This document shows positions 29,078 through 38,217 of a stretch of DNA of 64,000 nucleotides, piece after piece (the stretch's first letter is position 1; the number at the start of each line of letters is the position of its first letter). Origin of the DNA: a bacterium (GTDB lineage Bacteria; Auribacterota; JABMQX01); assembly GCA_030691545.1 (NCBI GenBank), contig JAUYEE010000330.1, positions 67,553-131,552 of the forward strand, given 5' to 3'. Made by a program: the position numbers and the translations under genes. The notes under the pieces are model-generated. The model had not been told where the DNA came from and made no database searches. It saw only the letters and a program-made list of their open reading frames with translations.

Positions 29078-30115
29078 TTGAAACTGACACGACAACGCTT
29101 GGAACAGCTTCTCGAAAAATTCCAGGGCCTCAAGGTCACCGTCGTGGGCGACTTCTATCTCGACCGATACATCTCCGGCAGCATGGAATCCATCTCGCGT
29201 GAGGCGGCCGTGCCGGTGGTTCGCATACAGAGCGATGTCTATTCTCCCGGCGCCGCTGGCAACACCGCATGCAACCTCTCGTCCATGGGAGCGGAGGTCT
29301 TCGCGGTCAGCGTCCTCGGAGATGACCTCAGCGCGGACATTATGAGGAAGGAGCTTGGCAAGAGAGGCGTCAACACCGACAACCTCATCTCCATCGCCAC
29401 CCGCCACACCCCCACCTTCAACAAAATCTACGCCTCGTCTTACCACGGCAGGATGCAGCAGGTCGGACGCTTCGACCAGGAAAATGATTCCCCCATTGGC
29501 TCAGAAGCCGAGTCGCGCGTCATTGAAGTGCTCGATTCGCTTTCCAGCGAATGCGCTGGCATCATCGCTGCCGACTACGCCGAAATCCCCGGCACCGGCG
29601 TCGCTGCCAAACCGATTCTGCAAAAGGTGGCTGCCCTGACCCGCACGAAAGACCTCATCTCCACCGGCGATTCCCGCGACCGCATCGGCGAGTTCTGCGA
29701 CTTCAGCGTGCTGGTTCCTAACGACTACGAAGCCGCGATGGCTGCGGGCGTCTATCGCCCTCACGAGAGCAAACACATCAGCGAGGAAACCGTCCTTGTC
29801 GCCGGGAGAGAACTCTGCGAGATCACCCGCTGCCAGACCCTGATGATAACTCGCGCGGAACGCGGCATGACCGTCTTCAGCAGGGGCGGCAGACCGATTG
29901 ACGTGCCAACCACTCCCTGCACCGGCGAAGTGGACGCCACCGGAGCCGGCGACACCGTCACCGCCGCGATTGCCCTTTCGATAGCCGCGGGAGCCGACGT
30001 CATCGAAGCCGCCGAGCTCGCCAACCTCGCCGCCGGGACCACCGTCAAGAAACTCGGCACCACCGGCTGGCCCACCCCCTCCGAAATCCTCTCCGCGTTC
30101 GACTGCCTTGGGTAG
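29078..30115 (+). CDS. hldE: D-glycero-beta-D-manno-heptose-7-phosphate kinase (HldE/RfaE domain I-like, PfkB family)
   Basis: VTVVGDFYLDRYISG.MESISREAAVPVVRIQ matches the RfaE-I N-terminus. PfkB C-terminal GAGD motif. TTG 29078 preceded by AGGAGGGG plus 7 nt. Confidence 0.7.
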   Translation: MKLTRQRLEQLLEKFQGLKVTVVGDFYLDRYISGSMESISREAAVPVVRIQSDVYSPGAAGNTACNLSSMGAEVFAVSVLGDDLSADIMRKELGKRGVNTDNLISIATRHTPTFNKIYASSYHGRMQQVGRFDQENDSPIGSEAESRVIEVLDSLSSECAGIIAADYAEIPGTGVAAKPILQKVAALTRTKDLISTGDSRDRIGEFCDFSVLVPNDYEAAMAAGVYRPHESKHISEETVLVAGRELCEITRCQTLMITRAERGMTVFSRGGRPIDVPTTPCTGEVDATGAGDTVTAAIALSIAAGADVIEAAELANLAAGTTVKKLGTTGWPTPSEILSAFDCLG

Positions 30116-30207
30116 GCGTCGCAGGGCGGGCAGCGCCCGGGCGATGGAGAGCCTCACCCCGGGCCACCATTGCTCCGAACCCCGGGCCGCGGGGACAGGT
30201 GTCGCTC

Positions 30208-30600
30208 TTACGACGCCCGAGGGGCACGCAAGTGTCTTTTCTTCTTGAGCGCCAACTTCCCGAGATCCGTGATAGCCACGTAGCGCGGGTCCGGGTCCCG
30301 AGGGCTCACTCGAACATCTGGTTCCCCCACCTTGGAGGATATGAGCACGCATCCCCGCATTTCCAGCTCGATGATCTCAAGATCAAGGGCGGGAATGGTG
30401 AGCGCCAGGGTCGATCGCACCTGCTCTATGCGCATGGGCCTGCAACTCTTCTCAGCATGTCGGCCTAGCATTCGAAGGATCTTGCGTTGTGTTCGAGGCA
30501 GCCGCATGCCTGCGTCGCGCAGCCACGCCCCGGTGAGGCAGCTTGCCACAGTGCGCGCGATGGCGGCACCGGCGCCGGAGAGCACCCTTAGCCATGTCAT
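30208..30600 (-). CDS. hypothetical protein, winged-helix-like (130 aa)
   Basis: ATG 30600 preceded by AAGGAGGG. The segment ..RTQRKILRMLGRHAE..RPMRIEQV..CVLISSKVGEPDVR...RYVAITDLGKLALKK looks like an HTH plus beta-wing. Confidence 0.5.
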   Translation of the reverse strand: MTWLRVLSGAGAAIARTVASCLTGAWLRDAGMRLPRTQRKILRMLGRHAEKSCRPMRIEQVRSTLALTIPALDLEIIELEMRGCVLISSKVGEPDVRVSPRDPDPRYVAITDLGKLALKKKRHLRAPRAS

Positions 30601-30651
30601 CTTACCCTCCTTGACCAAGCGGCTAATAACCAAACGCCCCAATCCTGGCCG

Positions 30652-31314
30652 TCAGCCCTGCCCTCTGTGGCACACAAGGGCATAACGCCGCTGGCAGCGC
30701 AGGTCCTCGGGTCTTGCCGCCATGGCGCGCGAGGTCTGCGCACAGATCGTCAGCAATCTTGGGAGAAGCACGGCGTTCCACGCCTCGCAATAGACGCGTA
30801 TGAAGACCCGTGGTCGCCGTCTGCCGGTCTCGTGGACGTTCACGAACCCGTCCCACAGGGTCGTGCCTGCGAAACGGTGCCAGGGAAGGAAGGCGGGGCC
30901 CCGAAGTAGTCGCGGCCGGGTGATGCCTTCGCTGGTGATCTCCACGGCGTCGATGCGTGTGACGCCTGGGCCTGCGTAGACACTTTCAAGTTGCTTGGTT
31001 ATAACCACCGGCTCGATCAGAGACGCTACCGCGCCGCACAGCTGCGCGAAGCGTTCCCCAAGCTTGTCGTTGCGCGTCCCGAACGGCACCCAGGAGAAGC
31101 GAATTTTGATGGTCTCCGAGGCGGACCGGACCCTAACACTATAGCTCTGTCCGGTGAATATGGCATTTACATACCTCGCGCTGGAGCTGTAGGCGACGTC
31201 CGTGATGTCGCGGTAGTAGATCCGCCGCCCTTTGTACTCCAGCGCCTCGGCGAGAAACGACACCCGCTTGCAGCGCGAAATCTGCACAGCGACGATCGGC
31301 GAGTCCGTATCCAT
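30652..31314 (-). CDS. hypothetical protein (220 aa), possibly two PH/GRAM-like beta-sandwich halves
   Basis: ATG 31314 with GGAGGG RBS 7 nt upstream; no recognisable family. Confidence 0.5.
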   Translation of the reverse strand: MDTDSPIVAVQISRCKRVSFLAEALEYKGRRIYYRDITDVAYSSSARYVNAIFTGQSYSVRVRSASETIKIRFSWVPFGTRNDKLGERFAQLCGAVASLIEPVVITKQLESVYAGPGVTRIDAVEITSEGITRPRLLRGPAFLPWHRFAGTTLWDGFVNVHETGRRRPRVFIRVYCEAWNAVLLPRLLTICAQTSRAMAARPEDLRCQRRYALVCHRGQG

Positions 31315-31579
31315 GGCATAACCCTCCACGCAATTCGTTCGGTCGGGACACAGAGGGTGCCCAGCCGTTCCCTACGGTTTCGTCCCTGATGTCCCCGGCA
31401 CGCCCCCCGTTCTGCCGGGATAGGGGAGCCCACAGAGCTTTCCGCCTTGGGCCACATAACCTCCGAAATCCTCTCCCCCTTCCCTTCGCTCGCGCCGCGC
31501 CAGTAATACGAGTTGTCCGGGAGGGCCAGGTGCCGGAACGTGGCGTATGGGGAACCGGGCCGCTGGCGCCTGCGCGGCG

Positions 31580-31831
31580 CTACTCCAGAAACGTCCTGTC
31601 CGGCGGGAAGGCCTCTCCGTCCACCAAGTTCTCAACCTCGTCGAGATGCAAGGTGACACTGTGGCACCTGTACGACCTATCTACGGAGCCATGCGCCTTG
31701 AGCGCACCGCTCTCATAGGTCGCGTAATCCGCCTTAAGGCGCTCGTACTCCGCCTCGTCGAGTTCCAGGTCGATGCCTGGGCTGTGGCCTTTTCCTTCAA
31801 CGGGTCTCAAGTGCACGTCAACGCGCTTCAT
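31580..31831 (-). CDS. hypothetical small acidic protein (83 aa) immediately downstream of the C10 protease gene
   Basis: ATG 31831 lies 28 nt after the stop of 31860..34304, with AAGGAGG 12 nt upstream; no family recognised. Confidence 0.4.
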   Translation of the reverse strand: MKRVDVHLRPVEGKGHSPGIDLELDEAEYERLKADYATYESGALKAHGSVDRSYRCHSVTLHLDEVENLVDGEAFPPDRTFLE

Positions 31832-31859
31832 GTTCCGCTCACGCCTCCTTTGTTTCGGC

Positions 31860-34304
31860 TTATCTCATTTCAACTCGATAGAGCTTCATCCGGCCCGAAG
31901 GGGCGCTATGCGTCCATGACGTCGTGGTACCCTGGGATGGGATGGTGGCGACGCTCGTCCATTGGTCGCCCAGGAGGCTCCCGGACGACCAGATCACATA
32001 GGTGTCCCCAGGCCGACTATACCAGGTCAGCTTGGTCCCACCCCCCGTCGCGCTCACGACACTGAGAACTCTGAACGGGAGCGAGCCGAACTCGTAGGCG
32101 CCCATGTCAACTGTCAGGGAACTGCCCCCGTAAAAGACCCGAAGGTTGCCGTCCATGTCTGTCGCGCGCCACATCCAGTCCTCGTTCTTGCCAGCGTCAA
32201 TGCACGGCGAATCTGCCCGCAGGCGCCAATCACCACCGCCGATGTCCGCGAATCCCGGGTCTCGGGCGGTATTGCCCTCGCCGCCTGCGGCCCAATCCTG
32301 GATGCACGAAAAAATGGGTACAGCGCAGTCGTAGAGCGCTCCGTAGTATGTTGATGTGTTCGCATGGACGATGCAGTTTTGGAGATTGGCCGTGCACCCG
32401 CCCAGTCCACCGCCCCACTGGGCCGAGTTCTTGGAGATAGTGGTATTCTGGATAGCCCCGTTGCATTCATACGCCCCGCCTCCGACCTGCTCGGCGGTGT
32501 TCCCTGATATGACGCAGTTACGAACCGTGCCGTCCCACCTCCCCAGTCCACCGCCCCACTGCGCGGAATTCCCCCTGATTACGGATTTGGCTAATGTCGC
32601 ATCGCCGCTTTTACAAAAAACTCCACCACCCACAACGGCAGAATTTTCTGAGATAACGCAGCCGGTGATCGTGGGGTGGGACTCCACAGAATAGATGCCC
32701 CCGCCCCACTGCGCGGAATTCTGAGTAATTACACAAGTTGCGATTGTTGGGCTGCTGCCCCAAAGGCAAGCGATGCCCCCTCCCCAGTCATCAGCCCGCC
32801 CGCCGCGGATCGTCAACCCGCTTAGCCACACGTCTTCAGTTTCCCCTCTTTTAAAGAGGAACCCCCGTCCGCCGCGCTCGCAGTCAATTACACAGCCGGC
32901 AGGGCCGTTTGCGCTCCGCAGTGTGATGGAACAACCCCCGAGGTCAAGGGTCCTGTTGGCTGCGCCGGTATATGTGCCGTCCGCCACAATCACTGTGTCG
33001 CCAGCGCCTGCGGCGCAAATCCCGGCTTGTATGCTTTTCTTCGGGCCGGATGTCCCTCCGCGCCAAAGGGGTTCCGTGCCATCCCAATCATCTCGGCCAA
33101 TCCCGCCGTTGACGTAGTAGGTCTTTGGCGACGTTTCGCGATGAGGCGCGATGTCCAGAACAGCGTTGCAGGACTCCCACCCGTATGGGAAGTTCCCAAC
33201 GGGGTACCAGCCGTCACCCCCTCCTCCCCACCCCATGTTCAGATGAACAAGGTTGGGAATGTCGTAACCGTCCAGGACGAGGGCGTGATTTACCATCCCA
33301 TACAAGACGGGCTGACCCTTGCTGACCTGTTCGCGCATCACGTCGTACCAATCAGCATCGGTGTAGCCCGATTTTTCGACATAGCGAGTGTGCTTATAGC
33401 GAAAGTACCGTGTCATCGCGCCAGAGTGCATGTACCCCGGGGATTCATCGGGCGAGAACTCGGTGTTCGCGGCCACCGCACAATGGTAGCAGAGGGTGCT
33501 GACGGCATCTTTCACAACTTGGGGGCTGGAAGGATTGGGTTGGTCCGTCATGTTGTCCCAGTCATACGTCGTCGAGCCGAAGTCTGCGCACAAGGTCTCC
33601 TCACCGAGTGACCACCGGTAACAGTGGCTACCGGTGCCCTTTTCGGGATGCCGCCAGTACCGCATTATCTGGGCCATCGCGATGGCTGTACATCCCACGG
33701 TGCAACGCTCGCCTTGATACTGAGGGCACTTGTCCTCGTAAGGGGTAGCCTGAAGCCACGAGGTTGTCAGCAGCGGCCCCACGGGGCCTGAGGAGGTGGG
33801 AGTGCTGGGCCTAATGCCGTCTGGGGAATCAGTGCGTTCCACGAGTAACGCCCAAAGGGCATCAGGCGGCCGTGTCCTGGGATACCGGGAATGCCGAAGC
33901 TCGGAGATTCGGTCGGCGAAAGCGTCCATAATCACCTGTGCCGGTGGGACTTCGGGAACGTGAAGCGTGTTATCCCGAGAGTAGTAGAGCACCGGAGTCA
34001 GCTCGTCATCGGCAACGATGGCAATGCAGCCGCCCTCGGGAACATCAAAGGCAAAACCGATTGTCGTCTCCTTGGCGACGATGGGCCTCGCATTCTGCCC
34101 CGTGATGAACGACTCAGGCCCCGCCGCAAGAGGTTGCTCCTGCGCGTTGTCCTGAAACCGGAGCTTGTACCATGCTCTTGCCGCGATTGCCGCCTGCGAT
34201 GGGTCAACTGGCTCGCCGAAGCCTTCGCGGCTTGCCGCCAAAACCAGAAAAAGGCAAAAACAAGACAGGGCCCCGAAAATTGCTGTAGAGATCGCCCGCC
34301 TCAT
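31860..34304 (-). CDS. secreted C10-family (streptopain-like) cysteine peptidase fused to a parallel beta-helix and conserved C-terminal domain
   Basis: Signal peptide. GCTAIAMAQIMRYWRHP matches the C10 catalytic Cys region (SpeB GCVATATAQIMKYH). Repeated NSAQWGGGI beta-helix turns. C-terminal ~150 aa homologous to the 16545..18164 protein. Confidence 0.8.
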   Translation of the reverse strand: MRRAISTAIFGALSCFCLFLVLAASREGFGEPVDPSQAAIAARAWYKLRFQDNAQEQPLAAGPESFITGQNARPIVAKETTIGFAFDVPEGGCIAIVADDELTPVLYYSRDNTLHVPEVPPAQVIMDAFADRISELRHSRYPRTRPPDALWALLVERTDSPDGIRPSTPTSSGPVGPLLTTSWLQATPYEDKCPQYQGERCTVGCTAIAMAQIMRYWRHPEKGTGSHCYRWSLGEETLCADFGSTTYDWDNMTDQPNPSSPQVVKDAVSTLCYHCAVAANTEFSPDESPGYMHSGAMTRYFRYKHTRYVEKSGYTDADWYDVMREQVSKGQPVLYGMVNHALVLDGYDIPNLVHLNMGWGGGGDGWYPVGNFPYGWESCNAVLDIAPHRETSPKTYYVNGGIGRDDWDGTEPLWRGGTSGPKKSIQAGICAAGAGDTVIVADGTYTGAANRTLDLGGCSITLRSANGPAGCVIDCERGGRGFLFKRGETEDVWLSGLTIRGGRADDWGGGIACLWGSSPTIATCVITQNSAQWGGGIYSVESHPTITGCVISENSAVVGGGVFCKSGDATLAKSVIRGNSAQWGGGLGRWDGTVRNCVISGNTAEQVGGGAYECNGAIQNTTISKNSAQWGGGLGGCTANLQNCIVHANTSTYYGALYDCAVPIFSCIQDWAAGGEGNTARDPGFADIGGGDWRLRADSPCIDAGKNEDWMWRATDMDGNLRVFYGGSSLTVDMGAYEFGSLPFRVLSVVSATGGGTKLTWYSRPGDTYVIWSSGSLLGDQWTSVATIPSQGTTTSWTHSAPSGRMKLYRVEMR

Positions 34305-34586
34305 GAGTGGATTCTCCTCTTTTTCACCTCATTCGTGACGCGAAAATGCAGTGCGATAGCCCCCCTGGAGCGTGCGGTATCCCGGTAGACAAGACGTGCA
34401 CCGATTTACCAAGCAAGGGGCGTGCCAGACGGACAGGGTTAGATTGCGGTGAGTCGCCTCCCCGCACATGCGATAGTCGGAGATTCTGCCGCGTACAATA
34501 TTGTTCGCAAAGAGCGCTGCTTGAGAATGCTTGCGCTCGCGGGAGAGCCTGTGCAGTGGGAGGTATAAGCTGGTTCTCGCCGGAGG

Positions 34587-35426
34587 CTATTCGGAGAAAA
34601 AGGTCACGAGTTCCTGGACTTTTGCGGGGATTTCTTTGCGGGGGAGGATCATGTCTATCATGCCGTGGTCGAGGAGGAACTCGGAGCGCTGGAAGCCCTG
34701 GGGGAGTTCCTGGCGGATGGTCTGCTCGATGACCCGCGGACCGGCAAAGCCAATCAGTGCTCCCGGCTCGGCAATGATGACGTCCCCTAATGACGCGAAG
34801 CTCGCCGTCACGCCCCCCGTCGTCGGATTCGTCAAAAGCGCGAGGTAGAACAATCCCGCCTGGTGGAATTTCGCGAGTGCCCCGGAGGTCTTTGCCATCT
34901 GCATGAGGCTGTACGTGGACTCCATCATCCGGGCGCCGCCGGACGATGTGACGATGATGAGAACGCATCGCTCATCGAGGCACCGCTCGGTCAACCGCGT
35001 GACTTTCTCCCCGACGACCGACCCCATGCTCCCGCCGATGTAGCTGAAATCCATCGCCCCAAGCCCGACGCAATGCCCGGTGACATTCCCCATTCCCGTC
35101 ACAATCGCCTCGTTCAGCTTCGTTTTCTGCGTGGCTTCCCTCTGGCGGTCGGTATATTTCCTGAAGTCCGTGAAGCCGAGCGGGTCCGTCGGGAGCATGT
35201 CGCGGTCCATCTCCACGAAGCTGTCCTTATCAAGGAGCAAGCCAATCCACTCCCAGGCGGTCATTCGATAGTGAAACTTGCACCGAGGGCAGGTCTTGAA
35301 CGCGGTCTCGAAGGCTTTCGCGTCAACGGTCTCGCGACAGTTCGTGCACTTCATCCAGCGTCCGGTGGGAATCTGCACTTTCTTGACCTTGATCGCGGAA
35401 TATTTCGGTTTTCCAAAAAGCGCCAT
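34587..35426 (-). CDS. accD: acetyl-CoA carboxylase carboxyltransferase subunit beta
   Basis: N-terminal Zn-ribbon CTNCRE..CPRCKFHYRMTA and the carboxyltransferase beta-subunit core. Confidence 0.95.
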   Translation of the reverse strand: MALFGKPKYSAIKVKKVQIPTGRWMKCTNCRETVDAKAFETAFKTCPRCKFHYRMTAWEWIGLLLDKDSFVEMDRDMLPTDPLGFTDFRKYTDRQREATQKTKLNEAIVTGMGNVTGHCVGLGAMDFSYIGGSMGSVVGEKVTRLTERCLDERCVLIIVTSSGGARMMESTYSLMQMAKTSGALAKFHQAGLFYLALLTNPTTGGVTASFASLGDVIIAEPGALIGFAGPRVIEQTIRQELPQGFQRSEFLLDHGMIDMILPRKEIPAKVQELVTFFSE

Positions 35427-35612
35427 GGCTGTTAAATTCTCAACTTCGCCGCGTCCGGTCCATTGCCTTTCACCCGGGGGGGCACCTCGCGCGAACCTGC
35501 GCGGCGGACCATCGCCCGTTTTGCCTCACCGCTCAACCCAAATAATACAAAAAAATCCTACAATATGCTACAAGCGAAACTCTGCTCGCTGAGGTTGCAC
35601 ATGGGGGAGGCA

Positions 35613-35704
35613 TTATTTCGCCCCTTCAGGGCTGGGGCTGCTGTGGTGTGCGCGGACCCAGGGCGGTGCCCTGGGCTATGATATTGCGCCCTTTCAGGGC
35701 TGCC
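35613..35704 (+). repeat. composite REP-like element Q1 (attgcgcccc-ttcagggct ... gacccagggcgGcgccctgggctatg ... attgcgccc-tttcagggct)
   Basis: Direct repeat of 37699-37790 (Q2). Contains the perfect palindrome cccagggcg/cgccctggg. Confidence 0.65.
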
Positions 35705-35763
35705 CATGAGGCCTGGCTGATGCTCACGCAAGCGCGGCGGTTAGGCCACTCTCCCCTGGGCCC

Positions 35764-35866
35764 GGGTGTACCGCTGGCATCTTGCCGGCTGTCTCGGGGG
35801 CATCCTGCCCCCGAATCCGAGGGCGAGACGCCCTCGGGAGTGCCGCCGAGACGGCGGCGTTACCTG
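35764..35866. repeat. structured palindromic repeat P2 (inverted copy of 488-592)
   Basis: Reverse complement ~90% identical to P1; four stem-loops. Confidence 0.7.
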
Positions 35867-36057
35867 TGCGAGCTTTAGCCCTTGAATACAGCCTCATCTG
35901 CGCAATTCGCACAGCCCGTGTCATCGGCGGTGATGAGTCCGCAACGAGCCGCCTGTGTCGGTTTCCCGTTGAACATTCCCTCAACCACGAAGACACCAAG
36001 ACACAATTGGCTCCTGCCTTCGTGCTGCTTCGTGTCTTTGTGGTAAGTGCTCCTTTA

Positions 36058-36079
36058 TTCTCTGCGGTCTCTGCGGTGA
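36058..36079 (+). repeat. CTCTGCG-N1-CTCTGCGGTGA motif, copy T3 followed by T7 run
   Basis: ttctctgcggtctctgcggtgagttttttt. Confidence 0.5.
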
Positions 36080-36112
36080 GTTTTTTTCCGGCGCAGAAAG
36101 CTCGCCGGCCCA

Positions 36113-37540
36113 TCACCCTTTCAGTTTCTCTATCAGGATTCTATTGACCACCTGCGGGTCGGCTTTTCCCTTCGCGACGCGCATGACCTGCCCCATGAGG
36201 AAGCCGAGGGCTTTTCCCTTCCCCCCACGAAATTCTTCAACTGGCTTGGGATTTTCCGCGATGACCTTCTCGACCATCTTCTCGATTTCTCCTGTGTCCG
36301 TGACAGGCAGGAGATTCTTCTCTTTGATGACCTGCTCGGGGGACTGGCCGGTCTGCGCCATCTCCGCAAAAACTGTCTTGGCGATGGTGCTGGTGATTTT
36401 GCCCTCGTCAATCATCCGGATCATGTCGGTCAGCATCTTCGGCGAAATCGGCAGAGCGTCGAGCGTGATTTTCCGGTCGTTCAGCTCCCGCAAGACGGCT
36501 CCCATGACCCAGTTGCAGTCCGCCTTGTAATTCTCGTAGAGTCGGGTGCACTCCTCGAAATAGTCCGCGTAATCCTTCTGCGAAGTGAGCACCCCGGCAT
36601 CGTACTCCGAAAGCCCGAACTCCGCCATGAACCGCTTCTTCCTCGCTATGGGGAGCTCCGGTATGGTCGCCCTCACCTTGTCAATCCAGTCCTTCTCTAA
36701 CACAAACGGCACGAGGTCCGGCTCGGGGAAATAGCGGTAATCGTGGGCTTCCTCCTTGCTCCGCATGGGACTTGTCGTTTGCGTCTCCGGCTCCCACCGC
36801 CGCGTCTCCCGGATGACCCTCCCGCCGCTCTCGACGACCTCGATCTGCCGTTCGATTTCGAATGCGAGTGCCCGGCGAACGGCGCTGAAGCTGTTCATGT
36901 TCTTGACCTCGGTCTGCGTCCAGAGCTTCTCCGACCCCTTCGGGCGCACCGAAACATTCGCGTCGCACCGGAGACTTCCCTCCTCCATGTTGCAGTCGCT
37001 CACGTCGAGGTACTGGAGCAACTGCTTCAGCCCAATAAGATAATCATACGCCTCGTCCGGCGTCTGAATCTCCGGTTTGCTCACGATCTCGAGCAGCGGA
37101 ATCCCGACTCGGTTGAAATCCACGCCGCTTTCGCCATCGTCAAAGTGGATCAACTTGCCGGCTTCCTCCTCCAGGTGCACGCGGATCAAGCCGACTTTTC
37201 GCAACTCCCCGTCGGAGGCGAATTCGAGGGCGCCTCCCTCGCACAGCGGCTCGTCGTATTGCGAAATCTGGAAATTCTTCGGCAGGTCCGGGTAGAAGTA
37301 GTTCTTCCGGTCGAACTTACTGAACGCGGAGATTTTGCTACCCACCGTCAGTCCGACCTTCACCGCGAATTGCAGCGCTTTCTCATTGATAACCGGCAGA
37401 ACGCCCGGCAGACCGAGGCACACCGGACACGTCTGCGTGTTCGGCGGCGACCCGAACTTCGTCGAGCATCCGCAGAACAGCTTCGTCTCCGTCTTCAGTT
37501 CCGCGTGGACTTCTAGCCCAATCACACCTTCGTATTCCAT
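36113..37540 (-). CDS. gatB: aspartyl/glutamyl-tRNA(Asn/Gln) amidotransferase subunit B
   Basis: MEYEGVIGLEVHAEL..TKLFCGCS N-terminus and GatB/YqeY C-terminal domain. ATG 37540; the ORF-track upstream extension is not conserved. Confidence 0.95.
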   Translation of the reverse strand: MEYEGVIGLEVHAELKTETKLFCGCSTKFGSPPNTQTCPVCLGLPGVLPVINEKALQFAVKVGLTVGSKISAFSKFDRKNYFYPDLPKNFQISQYDEPLCEGGALEFASDGELRKVGLIRVHLEEEAGKLIHFDDGESGVDFNRVGIPLLEIVSKPEIQTPDEAYDYLIGLKQLLQYLDVSDCNMEEGSLRCDANVSVRPKGSEKLWTQTEVKNMNSFSAVRRALAFEIERQIEVVESGGRVIRETRRWEPETQTTSPMRSKEEAHDYRYFPEPDLVPFVLEKDWIDKVRATIPELPIARKKRFMAEFGLSEYDAGVLTSQKDYADYFEECTRLYENYKADCNWVMGAVLRELNDRKITLDALPISPKMLTDMIRMIDEGKITSTIAKTVFAEMAQTGQSPEQVIKEKNLLPVTDTGEIEKMVEKVIAENPKPVEEFRGGKGKALGFLMGQVMRVAKGKADPQVVNRILIEKLKG

Positions 37541-37698
37541 GTGCACTCTCCAGGCAATGAACGAACCATGCGCCCGAGGACCCGCTACAATGTCCTCCGG
37601 ACCGACTTGTTCCTGCACTGTAAGGTACCGCGCGCCGGGCACCTGTGTCAAAGCCTATTCCCGCCCCAATGGGTGCGGCTCTGTTATAGTGGCATGGC

Positions 37699-37790
37699 TT
37701 ATTGCGCCCCTTCAGGGCTTGGATGATTCGATTCGATTGGGACCCAGGGCGGCGCCCTGGGCTATGGTATTGCGCCCCGTTGGGGCTTGG
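37699..37790 (+). repeat. composite REP-like element Q2
   Basis: Direct repeat of Q1, located ~160 nt upstream of the gatB start. Includes the hairpin gggcttgg..ccaagccc. Confidence 0.65.
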
Positions 37791-37921
37791 CATCTCCTCA
37801 GGGACCAAGCCCTGCCTGCCCGGCCAGGGAAAGGGCGCAGTAATGCGACGTCATTATAAAAGAGTCGCACCCCGCGGCAACAGCTCTGACGAACGAAGGA
37901 TTCTGTGCGACAATTCGCATC

Positions 37922-37950
37922 TTGACAGTTTCCATGAACTGTGGCATAGT
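37922..37950 (+). promoter_or_regulatory. candidate sigma70 promoter TTGACA-N17-CATAGT with overlapping palindrome ACAGTT-N6-AACTGT
   Basis: cttgacagtttccatgaactgtggcatagtaattctgacagtag; ~270 nt upstream of the sigma-54 activator gene. Confidence 0.35.
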
Positions 37951-38217
37951 AATTCTGACAGTAGAATCCTTCCATGGCCAGTCACATTCTGCCAGGTTTT
38001 ACCGACTTGGCTTCGCCCGCATGTGTGCGCGGCACGTTCGTATCCTTTTCGCGTCAGCCCACGCGCTGTGTCTTTTCTAAGAGCATAGGCACACTCATGC
38101 CAAGAGTCGCCTCACCTGTCCGTAGAGAATAAGACTGTGCGTCCTACAAAGGCGCCGCCGGACCGATCCGCGGCGCCCAGAGTTCTTCTGTCTCTCAGGT
38201 CAAAAAAGGAGGCGACG

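Noticed and set aside
36743-37516. 257-aa ORF antisense to gatB
   Set aside because: Antisense artefact.
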